From NCBI GenBank assembly GCA_046537875.1, contig JBKHJZ010000001.1, positions 16,253 through 80,252 of the forward strand: a DNA stretch of 64,000 nt. Direction: 5' to 3'. Under the pieces are notes generated by a model, which saw nothing but the letters and a program-made list of their open reading frames with translations, did not search any database and had not been told where the DNA came from. This DNA comes from Acidimicrobiia bacterium. Its GTDB lineage: Bacteria > Actinomycetota > Acidimicrobiia > Acidimicrobiales > VFJN01. Positions 55,375-63,204 of the stretch are shown piece by piece. Each line of letters opens with the position of its first letter. The stretch's first letter is position 1. The translations under genes were made by a program, and so were the position numbers.

Positions 55375-56577
55375 TCAGGACGTGAAGACGGGGAGGCGTT
55401 CCCAACCCCGCACGGTCGATGTGCGCGCCTGCTTGGCGTTGTCCCAGTCGACCTCCCAGTCGGGCCAGCGCTCGAGCACCTCCTCGAGCGCGACCCGGCC
55501 CTCGAGGCGGGCCAGCGCGGCGCCGAGGCAGAAGTGGACCCCGTAGCCGAAGCTCAGGTGGTGGTCGACGTGCCGGTGGATGTCGAAGCTGTCCCCGTCG
55601 GGGAACCTGCGGTCGTCCCGGTTCGCCGAGCCGTTGATCAGCAACATGGCGCTGCCGGCGGGCACGACCTCGCCGTGGAGCTCCACGTCGGTGGTCACGT
55701 AGCGGGCCTGCACGGGTGACGGCGCCTCGAAGCGCAGGATCTCCTCGATGGCCTGGGGGATGAGGTCCGGCTCCTCGGCCAGCTCCCGACGCTGGTCGGG
55801 GTGCTCGGCCAGCACCTTGCCCGTCCAGCCGATCAGCCGCGTGGTGGTCTCGTTGCCGGCGCCGGCCAGGAGGTTGATGTAGTTGAGGACCTCGTCCCGG
55901 GTGAGGCGCCGGAGCGTGCCCGACTCGTCCTCGAACTCCGCCTGGAGGAGCTGGGTCATGAGGTCGTCGGAGGGGTTCTGCGCCCGCCAGTCGATGTAGT
56001 CGGCGAACACCTCGTGCTGGCCGCGGCCGGCCAGCATCTCGCCGGTGGGCATCTCGGCCTCCTCCAGGCGCAGGCCCTCGTCGATGCGGTCGCGGATCGC
56101 CTCCTGGTCGGCCTCGGGGATGCCGAGGAGCATGCCGATGGTGCGCATCGGCATCTGGGCGCCCAGGTCGCGGATGAAGTCGAACCCGCCGCTTCCGACC
56201 AGCGGATCGAGGCTTCCGACGGTGAACTCCCGCACCTTGTCCTCGATGGCGTTCATCCGCCGGGGCGTGAAGACCCGGGACAGGACGCTGCGGTGCCGGT
56301 CGTGGCCGGGCGGGTCCTCGAAGATGAACGTGCCCGGGGGCATCTCGACGTCGGCCTTGATCAGCTCGAGCAGCGTGCCCCTGGCCGAGCTGTAGGTCTT
56401 CCAGTCCTTCAGGCCCGCTTCGACGTCGTCCCACCGGGTCAGCGCCCAGAAGTCGTACCGCCCGTTCCGGTACAGCGGCGCCTCGTCGCGCATGCGCCGC
56501 CAGAGCGGGTACGGGTCGGTGTCGATCTCGAAGTCGTAGGGGTCGTAGTAGATCCCCGGATCGCTGGTGACGGTCAC
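55375..56577 (-). CDS. Cytochrome P450 (paralog 2)
   Basis: A GTG at 56577 gives an N-terminus (V)TVTSDPGIYYDPYDFEI colinear with paralog 1 (MTIANATDVYYDPYDVEI). AGNETT, EEILRFE and FGYGVHFCLGAALAR motifs. Confidence 0.9.
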   Translation of the reverse strand: MTVTSDPGIYYDPYDFEIDTDPYPLWRRMRDEAPLYRNGRYDFWALTRWDDVEAGLKDWKTYSSARGTLLELIKADVEMPPGTFIFEDPPGHDRHRSVLSRVFTPRRMNAIEDKVREFTVGSLDPLVGSGGFDFIRDLGAQMPMRTIGMLLGIPEADQEAIRDRIDEGLRLEEAEMPTGEMLAGRGQHEVFADYIDWRAQNPSDDLMTQLLQAEFEDESGTLRRLTRDEVLNYINLLAGAGNETTTRLIGWTGKVLAEHPDQRRELAEEPDLIPQAIEEILRFEAPSPVQARYVTTDVELHGEVVPAGSAMLLINGSANRDDRRFPDGDSFDIHRHVDHHLSFGYGVHFCLGAALARLEGRVALEEVLERWPDWEVDWDNAKQARTSTVRGWERLPVFTS

Positions 56578-56892
56578 GATCCGGCCAGCCCGTCGATCGC
56601 CCGCGTGCGGAGCGGGTTCGGGCGCTGGGCCCGGTCGGTGGGCCACGCCGTGTCGACGAGCGGCGCGTCGACGGGCTCCGGGGTCGTGCCCTGGACGGTC
56701 GGTGTGTCGGTCACCCGGTTCCCCCCTCTGGTCCCTTCAGCGGCCGCGGTCGGCTCGCGACGTGACCGTACAACAGCCGCGCCCGTGCGTGCTGACCGAA
56801 CCGTTAGAAAGCGTTACAGTCCGCGCCATGCCTCGCACGTGGGCCCCTCGGCGCCGGGTCGAGGACGTCCACGCAGTCCTGAGGGGGGACCG

Positions 56893-58110
56893 ATGACCGC
56901 CATCCTGAACGGCGTCCGCATCCTCGAGGTCGCCGAGCACACCTTCGTGCCGGCCGCCTCGGCAGTCCTGGCCGACCTCGGTGCCGAGGTGGTCAAGATC
57001 GAGCACGTCGAGCGCGGCGACGCCATGCGCGGCCTCGCGTCCACCGGGGTGGCCGCCGTGCCCATGGATGTCCACGCGCTGCTCGAGCACTCGAACCGGG
57101 GGAAGAAGAGCCTGGCGCTCGACCTCACCGATCCCGAGGGGCTCGAGATCCTCGGCAAGCTGGCGGCCACGTCCGACGTGTTCCTCACCAACAAGCTGCC
57201 CAGCATCCGGACAAAGCTGAAGATCGACGTGCCCGACATCCGGGCGCACAACCCGGACATCGTCTACGTCCGGGGCACGGGCCAGGGCGAGCGCGGTCCC
57301 GACGCCGACAAGGGCTCCTACGACTCGCTGGCGTTCTGGGCCCGGGCGGGTGTCGCCATCGGCGCCAGGCGACCCGAGTACGACCTGCTGCCCGTGCCGC
57401 CGGCGCCCGGCTTCGGCGACTCCATCGGCGCCATGACCATCGCCGGGGGGATCATGGGGGCGCTGTTCCACCGCGAGCGCACCGGCGAGGCCACCGAGGT
57501 CGATGTCTCGCTCCTCGGCACCGGCCTCTGGTCGATGGGCCAGGCCATGGCCCTGTCGCTCGTGCTCGGCATGCCCTGGCAGGCGCCGCCGGCCGACCGC
57601 ATGGGCGGGAACCCGCTCACCGGCAACTACACGACCAAGGACGGGCGGCACGTCGCCCTCACCTGCCTCCAGGCGGCGAAGTACTGGCCGACGCTGTGCG
57701 ACGCCATCGGCCGACCCGACCTCAGGGACGACCCCCGGTTCGCCGACCAGGCGTCCCTTCTGGAGCACAACGAGGAGGCCACCGCGCTCCTCACCGAGGC
57801 CTTCGCCTCCGCCACGGCCGACGAGTGGCGGGCGCGGCTGGCCGACTTCGACGGCCAGTGGACCATGGTCCAGGACACCCTCGAGGCGGCCGAGGACCCG
57901 CAGACGGTGGCCAACGGCTACCTGCAGGAGTGCGAGACCGCCGCCGGGAAGCCGTTCAAGCTCGTCGCGGTGCCGGTCCAGTACGACGGCCAACCGGCCC
58001 GGCCCGCCCGTGCCCCCGAGTTCAACGAGCACGGCGATGCGATCCTCGCCGAGCTGGGCCTCGACTGGGACGCGATCGTCGACCTCAAGGTCCGCGGCAT
58101 CACCGCCTGA
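56893..58110 (+). CDS. Type III (CaiB/BaiF-family) CoA-transferase
   Basis: ATG follows GAGGGGGG. GVRILEVAEHTFVPAASAVLADLGAEVVKIE N-terminal signature, and a GDSIG region with the conserved Asp. Confidence 0.9.
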   Translation: MTAILNGVRILEVAEHTFVPAASAVLADLGAEVVKIEHVERGDAMRGLASTGVAAVPMDVHALLEHSNRGKKSLALDLTDPEGLEILGKLAATSDVFLTNKLPSIRTKLKIDVPDIRAHNPDIVYVRGTGQGERGPDADKGSYDSLAFWARAGVAIGARRPEYDLLPVPPAPGFGDSIGAMTIAGGIMGALFHRERTGEATEVDVSLLGTGLWSMGQAMALSLVLGMPWQAPPADRMGGNPLTGNYTTKDGRHVALTCLQAAKYWPTLCDAIGRPDLRDDPRFADQASLLEHNEEATALLTEAFASATADEWRARLADFDGQWTMVQDTLEAAEDPQTVANGYLQECETAAGKPFKLVAVPVQYDGQPARPARAPEFNEHGDAILAELGLDWDAIVDLKVRGITA

Positions 58111-58136
58111 GCCCACAACACCACAGGAGACCCACC

Positions 58137-58967
58137 ATGTCGCTGTTCGATGCCTTCCGGTTCGACGGCAAGCGCGTGCTCGTCGTCGGCGGCGCCACCG
58201 GGATGGGCGCCGCCGCCGCCGAGCTGGCGCTCGACGCCGGGGCCGAGGTCGTGGTCATGGACCACGCCGACGTCACCCTGGACGGGGTGAAGGCCGTCAA
58301 GCTCAACCTGGCCGAGCGGGGCTCGATCGACGCCGCGCTCGGCGATGTCGGCGGCCCCGTCCACGCCCTCCTCGCCTGCGCCGGCGTCGCCGACGGCACG
58401 CCGGGACTCGAGCGCATCAACTTCATCGGCCACCGCTACCTGATCGAGACGATGCTCGAGGCCGGCAACCTGCCGCGCGGCTCGGCCATCGGCTTCATCT
58501 CCTCGGCGGCCGGGCTCGGCTGGGAGTCGAACCTGGAGAAGATCACGGAGGTGCTGGCCATCTCCGACTGGGACGAGGCCGTCGCCTGGTGCCAGGAGAA
58601 CGGCTACGCCGACTACTTCCACACCAAGCAGATCATCTGCGCCTACGTGGCCAGCAGGGCGCACGAGCTGATCAAGCAGGGGGTCCGCATCAACGCCATC
58701 TGCCCCGGGCCCACGGAGACGCCGCTGGCCAGGGCCAACGCCGAGATGTGGCTCGGCTTCGGTGCCGACTGGCGTGAGGAGGTGGGCATCGACGCCTCGA
58801 CGCCGCTCGAGCAGGCCTACCCGCTGCTGTTCCTGTGCAGCGAGGCCGCCCGGGCGATCAACGGCATCACGCTGATCACCGACGAGGGCTACATGATGGC
58901 CGGCCTCACCAACGCCTACGAGCCGGCCCGCGACGCCGCCCGGTTCCTCATGGGTCGCCTGTCCTGA
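58137..58967 (+). CDS. SDR-family oxidoreductase (atypical, coniferyl-alcohol / 3-alpha-HSD-like subgroup)
   Basis: ATG follows AGGAGA. VVGGATGMG glycine motif, a YFHTKQ putative Tyr/Lys, and ICPGPTETPL. Confidence 0.75.
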   Translation: MSLFDAFRFDGKRVLVVGGATGMGAAAAELALDAGAEVVVMDHADVTLDGVKAVKLNLAERGSIDAALGDVGGPVHALLACAGVADGTPGLERINFIGHRYLIETMLEAGNLPRGSAIGFISSAAGLGWESNLEKITEVLAISDWDEAVAWCQENGYADYFHTKQIICAYVASRAHELIKQGVRINAICPGPTETPLARANAEMWLGFGADWREEVGIDASTPLEQAYPLLFLCSEAARAINGITLITDEGYMMAGLTNAYEPARDAARFLMGRLS

Positions 58968-58970
58968 TCG

Positions 58971-60590
58971 ATGCGTCTGCTCCCGCAACTGACCCCGGAG
59001 AACGAGTGGTTCTGGACCTCGGGCGCCGACGGGCGCCTGCGCGTCCAGGGCTGCCGTGACTGCTCGACGCTCGTGCACCCACCCGCTCCGGTCTGCCCGG
59101 CCTGCCGGAGCAGCAGCCGGGAGCCGACGCCGGTCTCCGGGCGGGCGACCGTGGCGGGCTACACGGTCAACTCGCACCCGTGGATCCCCGGGTTCGACCC
59201 GCCATACGTCATCGCGGTCGTGGCGCTGGAGGAATCGCCCGACGTCCGGCTGACCACGAACATCGTCGGCTGCGACCCCGACGACGTGCACATCGGCCAG
59301 GAGGTCGCGGTGCGGTTCGAGGAGCACGACGGCGTGTTCCTCCCGCTGTTCGAGCCGACCGGGGCGACCCACGAGAACCCGGTTCCCGAGCCGAAGCTGC
59401 CGGCGCCCCGGCCCGCGGCGAGCACCGACCGGTTCGAGCACCGGGCCGTGCTCTCGGGCATCGGCCGCTCGGCGATCGGCCGCCGGCTCATGGTCGACCC
59501 GCTGTCGCTCACCGTCGACGCCTGCCTCGCGGCCATCGACGACGCCGGCCTGCGGCCCGACGACATCGACGGCCTGTCGACCTACCCGGGCGCGGTGGGG
59601 ATGGGCATGAGCGAGGGCGGCGTCACCGCCGTGGAGGAGGCGCTGCGCCTCCATCCCACGTGGATCAACGGCGGCATGGACATCCCCGGGCCGGGCGGCG
59701 CGGTGATGAATGCCATGCTCGCCGTGTCGGCGGGCCTGTGCCGCCACGTCCTGTGCTTCCGGACGGTGTGGGAGACCACCTTCGCTGCCCGCGGCGGCAC
59801 GGGTGCCACGGGCGGCGGCGGAGGGCCGGACTGGATGCAGTGGCGCCTGCCGTTCGGCGCGGCGTCGGCGGCGACCTGGATCGGCATGAACGCCAACCAG
59901 TACCTGCACCGCTACGGCGCCACCCGGGAGCTGTTCGGGCGCATCGCCGTGAACGCCCGCGCCAACGCCGGCCGGAACCCGCTGGCGATCTACCGCGAGC
60001 CGATGACGATGGACGACTACTTCGGCGCCCGGCCCATCACGAGCCCCTTCGGGCTCTACGACTGCGACGTGCCCTGCGATGCGTCGATCGCCGTCATCGT
60101 GTCCGCGGCCGACGTCGCCGACGACCTGCCGCAGCCGGCGGTGCACGTCGAGGCGGTCGGCACGCAGGTCCTCGAGCGGATCTCGTGGGACCAGGGCACG
60201 CTCACCCACGAACCGCAGGTTCTCGGCCAGTCCGCCCACCTCTGGACCCGCACCGACCTCCGCCCGGACGACGTCGACGTGGCCCTGCTCTACGACGGCT
60301 TCACCTTCAACTGCGTGAGCTGGCTCGAGGGCCTCGGCTTCTGCGGCCTCGGCGAGGCGAAGGACTTCGTCGGCGACGGCAGCCGCATCGCCCTCGACGG
60401 TGAGCTGCCGCTGAACCCCCACGGGGGGCAGCTGTCCGAGGGTCGCACCCACGGCTTCGGGTTCGTCCACGAGGCCGTGCTCCAGCTGCGCCACGCGGCC
60501 GGGGAGCGCCAGGTGGCCGACGCGTCCACCGCCGTGGTGGCCACCGGCGGTGGCACGCCCTCCGGCGTGATGCTGCTGCGGAGCGCGTGA
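58971..60590 (+). CDS. Fusion protein: N-terminal DUF35 (zinc-ribbon + OB-fold) and C-terminal SCP-x/Ltp-type thiolase-like domain lacking the thiolase catalytic residues
   Basis: CRDCSTLVHPPAPVCPAC zinc ribbon plus OB-fold (~aa 1-125). The thiolase-like part has NPHGGQLSEGRTHGFG, but GPGG sits where the nucleophile C(A/S)SG is expected, and ATGGG where the C-terminal CxGGG is expected. Confidence 0.8.
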   Translation: MRLLPQLTPENEWFWTSGADGRLRVQGCRDCSTLVHPPAPVCPACRSSSREPTPVSGRATVAGYTVNSHPWIPGFDPPYVIAVVALEESPDVRLTTNIVGCDPDDVHIGQEVAVRFEEHDGVFLPLFEPTGATHENPVPEPKLPAPRPAASTDRFEHRAVLSGIGRSAIGRRLMVDPLSLTVDACLAAIDDAGLRPDDIDGLSTYPGAVGMGMSEGGVTAVEEALRLHPTWINGGMDIPGPGGAVMNAMLAVSAGLCRHVLCFRTVWETTFAARGGTGATGGGGGPDWMQWRLPFGAASAATWIGMNANQYLHRYGATRELFGRIAVNARANAGRNPLAIYREPMTMDDYFGARPITSPFGLYDCDVPCDASIAVIVSAADVADDLPQPAVHVEAVGTQVLERISWDQGTLTHEPQVLGQSAHLWTRTDLRPDDVDVALLYDGFTFNCVSWLEGLGFCGLGEAKDFVGDGSRIALDGELPLNPHGGQLSEGRTHGFGFVHEAVLQLRHAAGERQVADASTAVVATGGGTPSGVMLLRSA

Positions 60591-60648
60591 CCGGTCGTCG
60601 TCGACCCGGCGGGGCGGGGGATCGCACATCACGAAGGGGGGAGCTCAG

Positions 60649-62106
60649 GTGGACGACCAGACCACCATCGTCCAGCGCATCGCGACGCTGGCCCGGGAAC
60701 AGGCCGACACGGTGGCGTTCACGCACGTCGGCGAGGACGGCGCCGAGCGCACGCTCCGCTGGGCCGAGCTCGACCGGTGGTCCGGCCAGCTCGCCGGCGA
60801 GCTCGCCGCGCGTGGCCTGGGGCACGGGCGGCGACTGGCCGTCGGGCTGCGCAACTCGCCGGAGCTCGTGTGTGCCGCCGTGGCCGCGTGGAAGCTGGGC
60901 GCCACCCCCGTCCCCGTCCGCTGGGACCTGCCGGCGTGGGAGCTGGAGCGGGTGCTCGACGTGATCGACCCGGCGGTCGCGCTGCGCGACGAGGACCTGT
61001 GCTGGATCGCCGCGACCACCGAGCGACCGGTGCCCGAGCTGCCCGACGTGCTCGCACCCCACCTGCAGGGCATCTGCAGCAGCGGCTCGACCGGCACGCC
61101 GAAGATCATCCTCAGCTCCGTGCCGGCGGTGTTCCACCCGATCTACTCGACGCCGATGGCGGAGCAGTGGCGGCCGGTCCCGAGGCCGCAGACCGTGCTC
61201 GTCCTGGCGCCGATGTACCACATCAACGCCTTCGCCACGCTGCAGAACATGCTGTCCGGCGACCGGCTCGTCGTCCTCGAGAGGTTCGACGCCGCACGCG
61301 CGGTGGACGCCATCGAGCGGCACCGGGCGACGACGTTCACCGCGACGCCGACCATGCTCCAGCGCATCGCCGACCTCCCCGGCCTCCACGCCCGGGACCT
61401 CAGCAGCCTGGTGTGGGTGCTGCAGGGCGCCGCACCGATGCCGCCGTCGCTCGCCCGGCGGTGGATCGAGCTGATCGGCGCGGACAAGCTGTACATGGCC
61501 TACGGGATGACCGAGGCCATCGGCATCACGGCGCTCGACGGCGAGGAGTGGCTGGCCCACGAGGGGAGCGTCGGGCGTGGGCAGCGCGGCACCGAGATCC
61601 GGGTGCTCGGCGAGGACGGGGCCGATCTCCCACCTGGTGACGTGGGCGAGATCTTCATGCGCGCCCCGGCCTACGGCGGCTCCACCTACCTCGGCGAGGC
61701 ACCGCGGCTGCGGACCACGGACGACGGCTTCGCGAGCGTCGGCGACATGGGCCATCTCGACGACGACGGCTACCTGTACGTCGTCGACCGGCGCGTCGAT
61801 CTCATCGTCACCGGCGGTGCCAACGTCTTCCCCGCCGAGGTCGAGGCCGCGCTGATCGACCACCCGAAGGCCGCGGACGTGGTCGTCATCGGCCTGCGCG
61901 ACCCCGAGTGGGGGCGGCGCGTGCACGCGATCATCGAGCCCGCCACGCGGGACGACCCGCCCACGCTCGACGAGGTGCGCGCCTACGCGAGGTCCCGCCT
62001 CGCCGCCTACAAGATCCCGAAGAGCGTCGAGATCGTCGAGGCGATGCCGCGCAGCGCCGCCACCAAGGTCAACCGCGGACGGCTGGTCGCAGAGCGCGGC
62101 GGCTGA
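60649..62106 (+). CDS. AMP-dependent acyl-CoA ligase (short form)
   Basis: GTG follows GGGGGGA. SSGSTGTPK, YGMTE, VGDMG and ATKVNR motifs. Confidence 0.85.
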   Translation: MDDQTTIVQRIATLAREQADTVAFTHVGEDGAERTLRWAELDRWSGQLAGELAARGLGHGRRLAVGLRNSPELVCAAVAAWKLGATPVPVRWDLPAWELERVLDVIDPAVALRDEDLCWIAATTERPVPELPDVLAPHLQGICSSGSTGTPKIILSSVPAVFHPIYSTPMAEQWRPVPRPQTVLVLAPMYHINAFATLQNMLSGDRLVVLERFDAARAVDAIERHRATTFTATPTMLQRIADLPGLHARDLSSLVWVLQGAAPMPPSLARRWIELIGADKLYMAYGMTEAIGITALDGEEWLAHEGSVGRGQRGTEIRVLGEDGADLPPGDVGEIFMRAPAYGGSTYLGEAPRLRTTDDGFASVGDMGHLDDDGYLYVVDRRVDLIVTGGANVFPAEVEAALIDHPKAADVVVIGLRDPEWGRRVHAIIEPATRDDPPTLDEVRAYARSRLAAYKIPKSVEIVEAMPRSAATKVNRGRLVAERGG

Positions 62107-62144
62107 CGGCCCCTCGGCTGACGGGCCCGGTTCGAGCTCGCTCT

Positions 62145-62354
62145 GTCAGACCGGACGGAGCAGCATCTCCTGGGCGACCGAGACGATGATGCGGCCGTCG
62201 GGGTCGCGGACCACGCCGCGCAGCGTCCCCCGGCGTTCACCCACGACGGTGTGCGAGCCACCAACACCCCGTCGTCCCGCTCGTCGAGCGTGAGGTGCTC
62301 GACGGTCTCGGCGATGGCGGTGGCGACGTCGCGCTCGCGGTCGGCCGCCGTCAC
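62145..62354 (-). pseudogene. Remnant of a hotdog-fold thioesterase gene (5'-truncated and frameshifted)
   Basis: Reading from 62354, one frame gives ...AIAETVEHLTLDERDDGVLVA. After about 62260 the coding-like frame shifts and gives HTVVGERRGTLRGVVRDPDGRIIVSVAQEMLLRPV*, which resembles a thioesterase C-terminus. The ORF-track continuation into the ligase gene is Ser/Arg-rich junk. Confidence 0.35.
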
Positions 62355-62382
62355 GACGAGGTCAGTCGTCCGTCGGGCGCGA

Positions 62383-62413
62383 CGGGGCGCCCGGCCGGTC
62401 GACCGGGCGCCCC
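62383..62413. terminator. Strong hairpin downstream of the L,D-transpeptidase gene
   Basis: Perfect 11-bp stem, GGGGCGCCCGG (62383-62393) with CCGGGCGCCCC (62403-62413), and a 9-nt loop. It lies about 40 nt after the stop at 62455. Confidence 0.5.
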
Positions 62414-62454
62414 CTCGGGTGCGTGGTCACGATCTCCCACCACCCTGCATCTCA

Positions 62455-63204
62455 TCACGTGATCGTGACCGGTGTCCCGAGATTGACGATCTCGGCCAGG
62501 CGGGCGGCGATGTCGTTGGGCACCCGGATGCAGCCGTGGGACACGGCCCGGCCGATGCTGGCGGGGTCGTTGGTGCCGTGGATGCCCACCTGGCCGTCGC
62601 CGCCGGCGAACTCGGTGAGCGACTCGGAGTGGGCCGAGAGCCCGTAGGCGAACTGCCCGTAGGCGCCGCCCGGGTCGCCGGTGTCGAGCTTGTCGACCAC
62701 GTAGTACCGGCCGGTGGGGGTGGGGTTGGTGTCGGTGCCGACCGCGACCGGGGTGGTGAGCACCTCGTCGCCCCCGGCATAGAGGGTCAGGGTCCGGGCC
62801 GCGAGGTCGATCTCGATGGCCTCGTCGAGCTCGCGGAGCTCGACCGCCGCCCGGGGGATCCACCCCGTGGAGCCGTTGGGCCGCACCGGCAGCGCCACCT
62901 GCAGCCACTCGCCGTCGGTGTCCACCACCTGCAGGGCCCGGGGCGAGCCGAACTCGGTGGTCGCCGGCAACACGCTGGCCGGGGTGGCATCACCGGGGGA
63001 TGCGTAGACCTCCAGGTCGCCGTGGGTGCGGGCGACGACGCTGCCCTGCTCGCCGGCGGGCCCGGAGGCCCGGGCGGTGGAGGACGTCGCCGTGGTCTCG
63101 GGCGCCGGGGAGGACTCCTCGGCGGCGGGCCCGCCGCCGCAGCCGGTCACGAGGACCACGGCCACGGCGGCGAGCGTTGCGGTGATCCGCCGCACGACCA
63201 TCAC
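62455..63204 (-). CDS. L,D-transpeptidase lipoprotein (YkuD domain)
   Basis: Signal peptide with lipobox LVTGC. Catalytic motif SHGCIRV. The start overlaps the upstream stop (GTGATG at 63199-63204). Confidence 0.85.
   Translation of the reverse strand: MMVVRRITATLAAVAVVLVTGCGGGPAAEESSPAPETTATSSTARASGPAGEQGSVVARTHGDLEVYASPGDATPASVLPATTEFGSPRALQVVDTDGEWLQVALPVRPNGSTGWIPRAAVELRELDEAIEIDLAARTLTLYAGGDEVLTTPVAVGTDTNPTPTGRYYVVDKLDTGDPGGAYGQFAYGLSAHSESLTEFAGGDGQVGIHGTNDPASIGRAVSHGCIRVPNDIAARLAEIVNLGTPVTIT

Noticed and set aside
56798-56817. GAACCGTTAGAAAGCGTTAC upstream of the CoA-transferase operon and P450 paralog 2, considered as a KstR-type box (TnnAACnnGTTnnA) or as a match to the P450-1 palindrome at 4574-4591.
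   Set aside because: AAC and GTT are separated by 1 nt, not 2, so it is not a KstR box. It aligns with the 4574 site only over ACCGTT. What remains is a weak CGTTA direct repeat, which is not enough to call a site.
56567-56896. 109-aa ORF filling the 315-bp gap between P450 paralog 2 and the CoA-transferase, and the alternative upstream P450 start at 56646.
   Set aside because: The translation is Arg/Pro/Ser-rich with no motif. The P450 N-terminus aligns with its paralog only from the GTG at 56577. The gap is more likely a long regulatory region.
62128-62138. GGTTCGAGCTC, which resembles a tRNA T-arm/T-loop.
   Set aside because: No acceptor, D or anticodon stems can be built from the flanking sequence. 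No tRNA, rRNA or other known RNA gene is supportable anywhere in the window.
8202-63204. Pervasive 4-nt or 1-nt stop/start overlaps (ATGA, GTGA, TGATG) at 8202, 10866, 20720, 21733, 24315, 25412, 26525, 31065, 46936, 49095 and 63204.
   Set aside because: This is real but ordinary translational coupling in high-GC actinobacterial operons. I used it as evidence for start-codon choice rather than reporting it as a finding.
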